Shown one piece after another: positions 19,695 to 28,179 of a stretch of 64,000 nucleotides of DNA. The first letter of the stretch is position 1. Each line of letters starts with the position of its first letter. Under the pieces are notes generated by a model. It worked only from the letters and a program-made list of their open reading frames with translations. It ran no database searches and was not told the DNA's origin. The translations under genes were made by a program, and so were the position numbers. This DNA is from Treponema sp. (GTDB lineage Bacteria > Spirochaetota > Spirochaetia > Treponematales > Treponemataceae): positions 106,751 through 170,750 of the forward strand of contig JAAVAP010000016.1 of assembly GCA_014804005.1 (NCBI GenBank). The letters are read 5' to 3'.

Positions 19695-20045
19695 ATGACA
19701 TATTCAATCGGACAAGTCGAGGAAATTACAGGCGTGAAGCCGCATGTCCTGCGCTATTGGGAAGAAGTGATTCCCGGATTCGCGCCGCAAAAAAATTTGA
19801 GCGGAAGGCGCACTTATTCCCAAAGCGACATCGAAAAAATCCTGCGAATCAAATATCTCATTTACCAAAAAAAATTCACAATTGAAGGCGCGCGAAATCA
19901 AATCATAAGCGAAGCGGATTGTTTTTTGGACGGAAAATCCGCGCTTTCGCAAATTCAAAAAGCCAAGGCTGAACTTTTGGATTCGTTTTTCACGATAAGA
20001 AAATATCGCGAGAATTCAGATTCGAAAAATTCATCGGAAGGTTAA
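19695..20045 (+). CDS. MerR-family transcriptional regulator
   Basis: N-terminal MerR HTH (YSIGQVEEITGVKPHVLRYWEE...GRRTYSQSDIEKILRIKYL). Confidence 0.8.
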   Translation: MTYSIGQVEEITGVKPHVLRYWEEVIPGFAPQKNLSGRRTYSQSDIEKILRIKYLIYQKKFTIEGARNQIISEADCFLDGKSALSQIQKAKAELLDSFFTIRKYRENSDSKNSSEG

Positions 20046-20066
20046 AAATCCAATTCGGAAAACAAA

Positions 20067-21281
20067 ATGAGCAAAACAATTCAAAAACTTTTCGACACAA
20101 AAAAAATTCCGCAAGACGCGCTCGAAGTCCTCGAGAATTTCGACAGAATAATTCAGGACATATTTCCCGCGAATTCAAAGCAAGAAAGCGCGCTTCCAAA
20201 ACAAATCCGCGACTTGAGCCACCAAATGACCGACGAACGCGAGCGGCGCAAAAAAGGCTACATGAACGAAAAAACCGCGCTCGTGGCATACACGCGATAT
20301 TTCATGTGGTGGAATTTGGTGCGGCTCACGAGGCTTTTTTCCAATTTGGATTTTTCGTTTTTGCGCGACGGCGACATCTGCCTCGACATTGGAAGCGGGC
20401 CGCTCACAGTGATTTGCGCGCTGTGGCTTTCGCAGCCTGCGCTACGCAAAAAAAATCTCGTTTGGCACGCGATGGACATTTCTCGCCAAGCCTTGAATTT
20501 GGGAGAGGAAATTTTTCTTTCGATTGCGGCGAAAACCACCAAAGCAAAAAATTCCGAAGAAAGCAAAAACGGAAATGCGGATTTTCTTCCGTGGAAAATA
20601 ATCCGCGTAAAAGATTCGCTCGGCGCGAGCATCCGCCAAAAGGTCGCGTTGCTCACTTGCGCGAACGTCTTCAACGAAATTCTGCAAAGCGAATCCGCGC
20701 CACCCGATGCGCTCGCAAAAAAATATTCAAAGGCTCTCTTTCCATATTTGCAGGAAAACGCTTCCGTCCTGCTCATTGAGCCGGGAGTTCCGAATTCGGC
20801 ACGATTCATTTCTCTGATGCGCGACGCATTTTTGCGAAACGGATTTTTCGCCGCAGCTCCTTGCCCGCACCAAGGAAGATGCCCAATGGACGGACGCAGA
20901 GCCGGAAAAAGCGGCGCGAGCGGAAAATGGTGCAACTTCGCGTTCGAAACCGCAGACGCACCGAAAAGACTTTTGTCGCTTTCCGAAAAGTCCGGGCTTC
21001 CAAAAGAGCGCGCCGTGCTTTCATTTGTGTTCGTGCAGAAAAACGCGGGCGCGAAAAAACTTTCTGAAAAATCGGAACAAAGCGAAAGCATTCGAATTAT
21101 TTCTGACACGATTCATCTTGCGCAAAGAGGCGCGCGCGGACACTACGCCTGCGCTCGGCAAGGATTTTCACTTGCGATTTGCCCGCCGGGAAAAAAGGTG
21201 GAATCAGGCGATTTGATTTTCGACGCGAAAGAAAAAAACGAGCGCGACGAAAAAACGAACGCGCTCATTTTTGAAATCTAG
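20067..21281 (+). CDS. Rsm22-like SAM-dependent methyltransferase (tentative)
   Basis: Methyltransferase-like motif CLDIGSGPLT and a C-terminal Cys cluster (CPHQGRCPM...WCNF), as in Rsm22-family proteins. Confidence 0.55.
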   Translation: MSKTIQKLFDTKKIPQDALEVLENFDRIIQDIFPANSKQESALPKQIRDLSHQMTDERERRKKGYMNEKTALVAYTRYFMWWNLVRLTRLFSNLDFSFLRDGDICLDIGSGPLTVICALWLSQPALRKKNLVWHAMDISRQALNLGEEIFLSIAAKTTKAKNSEESKNGNADFLPWKIIRVKDSLGASIRQKVALLTCANVFNEILQSESAPPDALAKKYSKALFPYLQENASVLLIEPGVPNSARFISLMRDAFLRNGFFAAAPCPHQGRCPMDGRRAGKSGASGKWCNFAFETADAPKRLLSLSEKSGLPKERAVLSFVFVQKNAGAKKLSEKSEQSESIRIISDTIHLAQRGARGHYACARQGFSLAICPPGKKVESGDLIFDAKEKNERDEKTNALIFEI

Positions 21282-21318
21282 ATAATTAAGTCCGCAAGAA
21301 ACTATTTTGACGCAAACT

Positions 21319-23610
21319 TTAAACTTTTAGTTTTTTGTTTATGTCTTCGATTAGTTTCACGATGTCGGCATCGCTCATCGAGGAGAAGCTTCGCAAAGAA
21401 CGCAAAGGCATGCTCTTTAACATTCCCCAAAGCATCTCGTCGCTGACGGCGGCCTTGGAACTTTCGCCGCGCTCTTCGCCGCCCGACATTCCCTTGAATG
21501 CCGCGGAAACGATCGGCGTTGCGAATTCCTTGGCATCCTCGTCTTCCATCAACTCTTCGAACACAGTGTTCGGCTCCACCTTGAACGGAAGTTTTTGCGT
21601 GGAAGCGACGCTCACGCTTTTGCAAAGCCTGATGTCGCGCGAAGAAGCCGCGGCAAGGATTTCATATTCTCCGCTCGGAACAAACCAATCTTGAAGGGCT
21701 GCGCTCCACATCGCGAACGCGCGTTTTGCCAAAGTCATTTTCACGGTTTTGGATTCGCCGGGCTTGAGTGAAACTTTCGCGAACGCCTTCAATTCCTTTT
21801 GGGCGCGCATTTCACGGAACGGAGATTTCGGCGCAACGTAAATCTGCACGATTTCCTTTCCTTCGCGGCGGCCAACATTTTTGACATTGACGCTCACTTC
21901 CAAAGTTTCCTCATCGGTGATTTTCTTCGCGCTCAATTTCAAGTCCGAATACTCAAACTTTGTGTACGAAAGTCCGTGACCGAACGGGAAAAGAACTTGC
22001 ATGTTTTTCTTGTCGTAATATCGATAGCCAACGAAAATTCCTTCGGCGTAATTCACGTCTTTTCCGTTGCCAGGGAAATTCAAATATGAAGGATTGTCCT
22101 CGAGTTTGATTGGGAAAGTTTCTGCGAGTTTTCCGCAAGGATTTGCGTCGCCGAAAAGCAAGTTGAATTGCGCAGTTCCAACTCCGCCGCCAGCGAGATA
22201 GCTTTCCAAAATCGCCTTGACATTGTTCGCCCAAGGCATTTCCACGGGAGCGCCGTTGTGCAAAACAACGACAACATTTTTCTGCACCTTCGCGATTTCC
22301 TCGATGAGCAAATCCTGATTCTGCGGCATCTTCATGTGATCGCGGTCATAGCCTTCGGATTCATAACTGTCGGGAAGCCCCGCAAAAATCACAACGATTT
22401 TCGCCTTTTTCGCGGCAGCCACGGCTTCCTCCAAAAGAGCCTTGTCCTTGGACTTGTTTTCTTTGAGATCGTAGCCGGCAAGATGCTTGACGGAAAGTCC
22501 AGCCTCCTTCGCCGCGTCCAAAAACGAATCCACTTTCCAAGCGTTTATGTGGGAAGAGCCGCCCCCTTCGTAGCGAGGAGTTTTCGCAAACGCACCCACA
22601 AAAAGAATGTCGTCTGCGTCTTTCTTTTTCAAAGGCAAAAGGTTCGAATCGTTTTTCAAAAGAACCATCGATTCCTGCGCGATTTTGGCGGCCTCGACCT
22701 GATGCGCCTTTTTGTCGAAATTTCCAGCCTTGCGCGAATCAACGAATTTGAACACGATGCGCAAAATGCGCTCGACGGCTTTGTCCAAAACGCTTTCGGA
22801 AAGTTTTCCGCTTTTTACCGCCTGGACAATCTGTTTGTCCGTGCAGCCGCCCGAATACGGCATCTCAAGGTCAAGTCCTGCCTTCAAGCCCGAAACGCGA
22901 TCGTTTACCGCGCCCCAGTCCGAAACGACGTATCCTTTGAAGCCCCATTCTTTCCTGAGCAAATCCGTCAAAAGAAATTTGCTTTCCACGGCAAAAGTTC
23001 CGTTCACACGATTGTAGGAGGCCATAATCGTATCGGGCTTGCCTTCTTTCACAGTTTCTTCGAACGCGGGCAAATAGATTTCACGCAAAGCGCGCTCGTC
23101 GATATTGCTTGAGCATGACATTCTGCGGAATTCCTGATTGTTGGCGGCGAAGTGCTTGACGCTAGTGCCGACGTTTTTGGACTGAACGCCTTTGACATAC
23201 GCCGCGCCCAATTTTCCGGCAAGGAAAGGATCTTCGGAAAGATATTCAAAGTTGCGCCCGCAAAGCGGAGAACGCTTTATGTTGATCGCAGGTCCAAGAA
23301 TCACGGAAACGTCCTCCGCCTGACATTCGTCGCCGAAAATCTCTCCAAGATTTTTCAAAAGTTCCGTGTCGAACGAACACGCCGTAAGGCAGCCGCTCGG
23401 AAAGCACACCGCCTTGATGCTGTCGTTCATTCCAAGGTGGTCGCCTTCCAAGTCCTGCTTCCGCAAGCCGCTAGGACCGTCGCTCACCATCACCGAAGGA
23501 ACATCGAGACGCGGAATCGGCTTCGTGTGCCAAAAGTCCAGTCCCGAACAAAGCCCCGCCTTTTCTTCCAGAGTCATCTTTCCAACCAACTCTTTGAGAT
23601 TGCGCTTCAT
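21319..23610 (-). CDS. Glycoside hydrolase family 3 beta-glucosidase
   Basis: GH3 motifs SDGPSGLR, KHFAANNQE and GYVVSDWGA, plus a C-terminal Fn3-like domain. Start placed at MKRNLKEL (ATG at 23610), preceded by CAGGAGG. Confidence 0.9.
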   Translation of the reverse strand: MKRNLKELVGKMTLEEKAGLCSGLDFWHTKPIPRLDVPSVMVSDGPSGLRKQDLEGDHLGMNDSIKAVCFPSGCLTACSFDTELLKNLGEIFGDECQAEDVSVILGPAINIKRSPLCGRNFEYLSEDPFLAGKLGAAYVKGVQSKNVGTSVKHFAANNQEFRRMSCSSNIDERALREIYLPAFEETVKEGKPDTIMASYNRVNGTFAVESKFLLTDLLRKEWGFKGYVVSDWGAVNDRVSGLKAGLDLEMPYSGGCTDKQIVQAVKSGKLSESVLDKAVERILRIVFKFVDSRKAGNFDKKAHQVEAAKIAQESMVLLKNDSNLLPLKKKDADDILFVGAFAKTPRYEGGGSSHINAWKVDSFLDAAKEAGLSVKHLAGYDLKENKSKDKALLEEAVAAAKKAKIVVIFAGLPDSYESEGYDRDHMKMPQNQDLLIEEIAKVQKNVVVVLHNGAPVEMPWANNVKAILESYLAGGGVGTAQFNLLFGDANPCGKLAETFPIKLEDNPSYLNFPGNGKDVNYAEGIFVGYRYYDKKNMQVLFPFGHGLSYTKFEYSDLKLSAKKITDEETLEVSVNVKNVGRREGKEIVQIYVAPKSPFREMRAQKELKAFAKVSLKPGESKTVKMTLAKRAFAMWSAALQDWFVPSGEYEILAAASSRDIRLCKSVSVASTQKLPFKVEPNTVFEELMEDEDAKEFATPIVSAAFKGMSGGEERGESSKAAVSDEMLWGMLKSMPLRSLRSFSSMSDADIVKLIEDINKKLKV

Positions 23611-23774
23611 AAAATCAGCCTCCTGAAATTCTATATTAAGCCCGCAGGAAATTTCAATTTCTGCGAGTTTAATTTTATAGTTATAGCAATTCTGGGAATT
23701 TGTCAAGAGGAAACTACGATGAGAGAATGAAGATTTTTCATTATGTGAGGCGTTGTATAGATGCGAACATAAAC

Positions 23775-24224
23775 TTAGTTGAACAGAAAAAAGAAATTAT
23801 CGTTCTTTAAGTTGATTTTTTCCTTTCCGCAGACAATCTTAAAATCCCCGAGCAAAGTCAAAAAAGGCTCGCTATCATCAGGAGAAGTGATTTCTTCTAT
23901 TCCTACTGAACGCGCGGAAAATTCGATGGAATATTCTTCCGCAATTATTTTGTACTTTCCATTTGAAATTTGTATGGATTTTAATTTACTATAAAATCTT
24001 TCGCTACCAATTTTATAATCGCAAGTGATGTCCCGACCTTCAAGAATTTCATTTATTACAATTGGCATAACTTTTTTCAAAGTAATGTCTTTCTGGCTTG
24101 TTGGAAAAGGAACTGGCTTTATATTTTTCTCCTGCGCGTCAAGCGCATTAAACAGCGTTTCAATCTGCTCTTCTGACAACGAACGCAATACTTCGTTCGT
24201 TATTTTGTCGAAAGGCGTTTTCAT
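23775..24224 (-). CDS. Hypothetical protein (orphan, AT-rich gene)
   Basis: GGAGGAAACGA precedes the ATG at 24224 (MKTPFDK...). No motif was recognised. The sequence is Lys/Ile/Glu-rich. Confidence 0.5.
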   Translation of the reverse strand: MKTPFDKITNEVLRSLSEEQIETLFNALDAQEKNIKPVPFPTSQKDITLKKVMPIVINEILEGRDITCDYKIGSERFYSKLKSIQISNGKYKIIAEEYSIEFSARSVGIEEITSPDDSEPFLTLLGDFKIVCGKEKINLKNDNFFFLFN

Positions 24225-24328
24225 TCGTTTCCTCCACAAGTAATTTTACATAATCAGTATATGTCTGAAATTGTATTGTTGCTCATCAGGGCGTTCCTCC
24301 GTTGTTTTATTTTGTGCACGGCTCATAT

Positions 24329-24358
24329 ATTATAGCAGATTGCGATAAAAAAATTCAA
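24329..24358 (-). promoter_or_regulatory. Near-consensus sigma70 promoter reading towards the orphan gene
   Basis: On the minus strand: TTGAAT (24358-24353), an 18-nt spacer, then TATAAT (24334-24329). This lies about 100 nt upstream of the ATG at 24224 and about 35 nt from the edge of the tandem array. Confidence 0.4.
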
Positions 24359-24390
24359 CATCAAACAAAAAGCAAAGCCGTTTCCCCACG

Positions 24391-24628
24391 CTCTTACATG
24401 AAAGAACTCCCAACACGTACATTTAAGACAGTCTTTAATGTACATAAAAGGGTCTCCAACACGTACGTTTAAGAGTGTCTTTAATGTACATAAAAGGGTC
24501 TCCAACACGTACGTTTAAGAGTGTCTTTAATGTACGTTAAAGGGACTCCAACATGTACGTTTAAGACCGTCTTTAATGTACATAAAAGAAACTCCAACAT
24601 GTACATTTAAGAACGTCTTACATGTAAC
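24391..24628. repeat. Tandem array, 5 copies of a 46-bp unit (10 half-units of 23 bp)
   Basis: The ctccaac motif occurs at 24407, 24454, 24500, 24546 and 24592. GTAC cores occur at 24417, 24440, 24463, 24486, 24509, 24532, 24555, 24578 and 24601, a strict 23-bp spacing. Degenerate copies lie at 24394 and 24624. Confidence 0.9.
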
Positions 24629-25016
24629 AAAATAACATCAATTATTTTGTTGTCAAAGTCAATTTTTTTACAAAAATTCATATCATATTATATATAAGAC
24701 TGCTTGTCCAAAAACTAAAAAAGTCTGACAAGAAAAAAATGGAAAGCATGATTATATTTTCAGCAAAAGAGAGATATATAAAATACAGGAGGCAACGCCC
24801 ATGATATGCGAAACAAAATCGGCTTGAGCAAAACAAAACTTTCTTTAAGAAAGCAAAAGGGGCGCGCTCAGGCTGGGCGGAATTTGCCATGCAAATTTCA
24901 TAGAACAAGGTCAATCGCTTGACTGTCATTGGTCAAAGATGTTTTAAGCGATTTTCGTTTCCTTGTCTACAAAAAAAACGACCCTTAAAAAACTTTTTTC
25001 ATAACGAGGTGAAAAC

Positions 25017-25796
25017 ATGGAAAAGAAATTCGACAATTCGTTTGTCAACCTGCGCGAAGAAGCGGGCGGGCGCGTGTCCGTCAAGCTTCAGCCGAACATG
25101 CTCAACAACTCCGATCCGTCGCAGTATTACGGAAAGGTCACACGGGTGACATATTCAAACCAAAATCTTCTCGACATGGTGGCGGAGGAGCTGCCCGACA
25201 TGTCCATAGGAAAAATCACGGACGTGATGACTTCCTATACCGCCGTGTTGCGGAGGACGCTCGCCAAAGGGTGCGCATGCAAATTCGGAACGCTGGGCAC
25301 TTTCTACATCGCCTCGAGAGGCACTACGGAAAGTGCGAACGGCAAGACCGGGCTTACGATAAAGTTCACGCCGGAAAAAAACTTGCATGATGCCGTGCAA
25401 AAAATCGAAATTGCGGAATCCGGCTATGCCGCGCCCAAAATTACGGTTGACAGCATAACGGACATAGCAAGGAACGCGACCGACGGCGCGCTCAAACTGG
25501 GAACTTCGGTGAGCATACGCGGCAACAACTTGCGAATCGGAGGAACGGAGAGCGGAATTTGGTGCGTGCCCGTAGACGACGAGGGAAAATTCACGGGCGA
25601 CGATACGGATTGGAAAGAGGTGGCGAGAGACTTCTTCATCAACACTTCTAAGAATCTTGTCTTTACACTTCCCGAAGGTCTTGAATTTGGAAGAGAATAT
25701 TGCTTCGTATTCAGGACACGCCTCGTCGGATATTCCAAATATGAGCGAAAGGTCATATTGCAAGCCACAACGCCCAGCTTCAAAGTGGTGGCGTGA
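25017..25796 (+). CDS. HU-fold DNA-binding domain fused to a C-terminal Ig-like domain (DUF4469-like architecture)
   Basis: The N-terminal part resembles bacterial HU-like proteins (...IGKITDVMTSYTAVLRRTLAKGCACKFGTLGTFYI). The C-terminal 110 aa or so has a beta-rich Ig-like pattern (VSIRGNNLRIGG...LVFTLPEGLEFGREYCFVFRT). The family assignment is from memory. Confidence 0.55.
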   Translation: MEKKFDNSFVNLREEAGGRVSVKLQPNMLNNSDPSQYYGKVTRVTYSNQNLLDMVAEELPDMSIGKITDVMTSYTAVLRRTLAKGCACKFGTLGTFYIASRGTTESANGKTGLTIKFTPEKNLHDAVQKIEIAESGYAAPKITVDSITDIARNATDGALKLGTSVSIRGNNLRIGGTESGIWCVPVDDEGKFTGDDTDWKEVARDFFINTSKNLVFTLPEGLEFGREYCFVFRTRLVGYSKYERKVILQATTPSFKVVA

Positions 25797-25846
25797 TTGA
25801 CTTTGTGGAGCAAGTAAAATACCCACTTTGCGAGCCCAACGAGCTT

Positions 25847-25880
25847 TCCGTGCCGCATAGCGCGGCACGGATTTTATTTC
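25847..25880. terminator. Rho-independent terminator between convergent genes
   Basis: 10-bp perfect stem tccgtgccgc/gcggcacgga with a 5-nt loop, then ttttatttc. Confidence 0.7.
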
Positions 25881-25906
25881 TATCCTTTGTTTCGAGCGGA
25901 ATTTCC

Positions 25907-27484
25907 TTATTGAAAGACAAGAAGCGTTTTTTCTATCCTTGCGATGGCGCGTTCTTTTCCCAAAATCAAAATCGAGCCGATGAGCGGCGGACTTACGCGG
26001 CTTCCCGTGGCGGCCATTCGGATTGGCATCATAAAGTCGCCGAGTTTTATTCCCAATTCTTCGGCATGCTTTTTCGCGCGTTCCTCTGCCTCTTCATGGG
26101 AAAGATTGAAAATCTCTTCCACGAAAATTTTCGCGCGTTCAAGCACTTCGCGAGTTTTTGCCTCATCGAGCTTTTTGGGAATGATTTCGGTCTTTGGAGG
26201 AACGGAAGGTTCGGTGAACAAAAAGCGCACCATTTCCGCGGCATCCGTCAAATATTTCAAGCGTTCCTTTATGAGCGGCATCAATTTCATAAGCGAGGCC
26301 TTCACGTCTTGGCTCGTCATTTTCATCGAAGAATCAACACAGAACGGCTCGCCATTTTCGTTAAGCGCGATGCCCGAATATTCAGGGCCAACCTTCGGCT
26401 TGGGTTGCGGATTTTCGGGATTTATTTCCAAAGCCGCATCTCCCGTTCCCGTGATGAAAGGCAAAGTCCATTTGTACAATTCCTCGTCGCTCAAAAGACG
26501 AATGTACGCGCCGTTGTAATATTCCAATTTCTTGTAGTCGAATACGGCCGGGGCTTTGTTCAAATGTTCCAGCTTGAACGCCGCCGCCAATTCAGGAAGC
26601 GAATAGAATTCCTTGCCTTCTTCGTAAGAGCAGCCGAGCATCGCGACATAGTTTACGATTGCCTGCGGCAAATATCCGCGCGCGCGGAATTCGTTCAAAG
26701 AAGTAGAGCCGTGGCGTTTCGAAAGCTTTTTTCCGTCCGCTCCGTTCACCATCGGAAGGTGGCAGAATTCGGGATGCTCCCACCCGAACGCGCGATACAT
26801 CTGAACATGAAGCGGCGTGGAAGGAATCCATTCTTGAGCGCGCATCACATGGCTTATTTTCATAAAATGGTCGTCAACGATATTCGCCAAATGATACGTG
26901 GGAAATCCGTCGCTTTTTAAAAGAACTGGATCGGGTGAAATGTCCTCGTTTTTCCAAATTATGTCGCCGAGCAAATGGTCGTGGAATTTTGTCTCGCCTT
27001 CAAGCGGCACTTTCAGGCGAATCACATGCGGCTTTCCGGCATCCAAATTAGCCTTGATTTCTTCCGCAGTAAGATGCCGGCAATTGCGATCGTATCCCGG
27101 AGCCATTTTGTTTTCAGTCTGGATTTTTCGGATTCGCTCGAGGCGTTCCGCGTCGCAAAAGCAATAGTACGCCTCGCCTTTTTGTACAAGTTCTTCGGCA
27201 TATTTTTTGTAAAGTTCGAAACGCTCGCTTTGAACATAAGGTCCATACTCGCCGCCTTTTTCGCCGCCTTCATCCCATTCGATTCCAAGCCAGCTCATCG
27301 TTTCATAAAGATTTTTGACATATTCTTCGCCATAGCGCGTGCGATCCGTATCTTCAAGGCGCAGAATGAATTTTCCGCCCATGGACTTTGCAAAAAGACA
27401 ATTGAAAAGCGCGGTGCGCACGCCTCCGATGTGTTGCATTCCAGTTGGCGATGGCGCGTATCTCACTCGAACTTCGTTTGACAT
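25907..27484 (-). CDS. gltX: Glutamate-tRNA ligase
   Basis: HIGH-type motif PSPTGMQHIGG and KMSKS-type motif KLSKRHG. Start placed at MSNEVRVRYAPSPTG (ATG at 27484, with GGAGAA upstream). Confidence 0.95.
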   Translation of the reverse strand: MSNEVRVRYAPSPTGMQHIGGVRTALFNCLFAKSMGGKFILRLEDTDRTRYGEEYVKNLYETMSWLGIEWDEGGEKGGEYGPYVQSERFELYKKYAEELVQKGEAYYCFCDAERLERIRKIQTENKMAPGYDRNCRHLTAEEIKANLDAGKPHVIRLKVPLEGETKFHDHLLGDIIWKNEDISPDPVLLKSDGFPTYHLANIVDDHFMKISHVMRAQEWIPSTPLHVQMYRAFGWEHPEFCHLPMVNGADGKKLSKRHGSTSLNEFRARGYLPQAIVNYVAMLGCSYEEGKEFYSLPELAAAFKLEHLNKAPAVFDYKKLEYYNGAYIRLLSDEELYKWTLPFITGTGDAALEINPENPQPKPKVGPEYSGIALNENGEPFCVDSSMKMTSQDVKASLMKLMPLIKERLKYLTDAAEMVRFLFTEPSVPPKTEIIPKKLDEAKTREVLERAKIFVEEIFNLSHEEAEERAKKHAEELGIKLGDFMMPIRMAATGSRVSPPLIGSILILGKERAIARIEKTLLVFQ

Positions 27485-27543
27485 AATGTTCTCCAAATTT
27501 TGATTTTTGTTCAGTATAGCAGAAAGCAAGAAAAAATGCAATG

Positions 27544-28179
27544 CTAGTATTTGAAAGTAAGCCGCTGAATCGGGCTAGGACCGATACGGCGGCAGGCTTC
27601 TTTGTGCGCCTGCGTCGGATAGCCTTTGTGCTGGGCATAGCCGTATTCAGGATAGAGCGCGTCGTATTCTCGCATGAGCCTGTCGCGCCCGACTTTCGCT
27701 ATGATGCTCGCCGCCATCACTTGCGGAAATTTCGAATCGGCCTTGACTTCTGCGCGGCATTCGATTGGAACTTCGGGACAAAAATTACCGTCGGAAATTC
27801 CTTGCAAATTCTCGAACGCGAAAACGCTTTTTTCGAAGTCGCGCGAATCGCAAAAAGCGTCAAGCCGCGAAAGCATGTCGTCGAACGCAAGGCGCATAGC
27901 GAGGAGGCTTGCCTGCAAAATGTTTATCCTGTCGATTGTCGCGTGATCCACGGTGGCGAATCCCCAAAGAGCCTTTTCCTTTATGACGGCTTCCGCCTTT
28001 TCGCGGCAGGCTTCGCTCATTTTTTTTGAGTCGTTCAAAATGTCAAGTGGAAAGTCGTCTGGCAAGATAACCGCGCCCGCGCTCACAGGTCCTGCGAGTG
28101 GCCCTCTTCCAGCCTCGTCGAATCCCACGACAATTTTTGCTCGCGGCGCGCAAAAGGATTTTTCGTCCGCAAATTTCAT
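27544..28179 (-). CDS. rnhB: Ribonuclease HII
   Basis: 211 aa with GFDEAGRGPLAGPV and DSKK motifs. Confidence 0.9.
   Translation of the reverse strand: MKFADEKSFCAPRAKIVVGFDEAGRGPLAGPVSAGAVILPDDFPLDILNDSKKMSEACREKAEAVIKEKALWGFATVDHATIDRINILQASLLAMRLAFDDMLSRLDAFCDSRDFEKSVFAFENLQGISDGNFCPEVPIECRAEVKADSKFPQVMAASIIAKVGRDRLMREYDALYPEYGYAQHKGYPTQAHKEACRRIGPSPIQRLTFKY

Noticed and set aside
20258-21109. 283-aa minus-strand ORF
   Set aside because: It lies antisense to the Rsm22-like gene. It has no RBS and only low-complexity sequence.
24246-24326. 26-codon upstream ORF (minus strand), a 10-codon mini-ORF at 24253-24285, and an 8-codon ORF at 24801-24827 with an AGGAGG RBS
   Set aside because: They are too short to support from sequence alone. 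The predicted TATAAT promoter would start transcription inside the 26-codon ORF. They are noted only as possible leader peptides.
24323-24508. 61-aa minus-strand ORF across the tandem array
   Set aside because: The frame is open only because the repeat unit lacks stops in that frame. The product simply repeats the array, there is no RBS, and the predicted promoter at 24329-24358 lies inside it.
24391-24628. CRISPR array interpretation of the 46-bp repeats
   Set aside because: The units are contiguous with no unique spacers, no cas genes are nearby, and the internal 23-bp half-site periodicity points to protein-binding repeats instead.
25793-26920. 375-aa plus-strand ORF
   Set aside because: It lies antisense to gltX, which has unambiguous class I synthetase motifs, and it spans a strong terminator hairpin at its 5' end.
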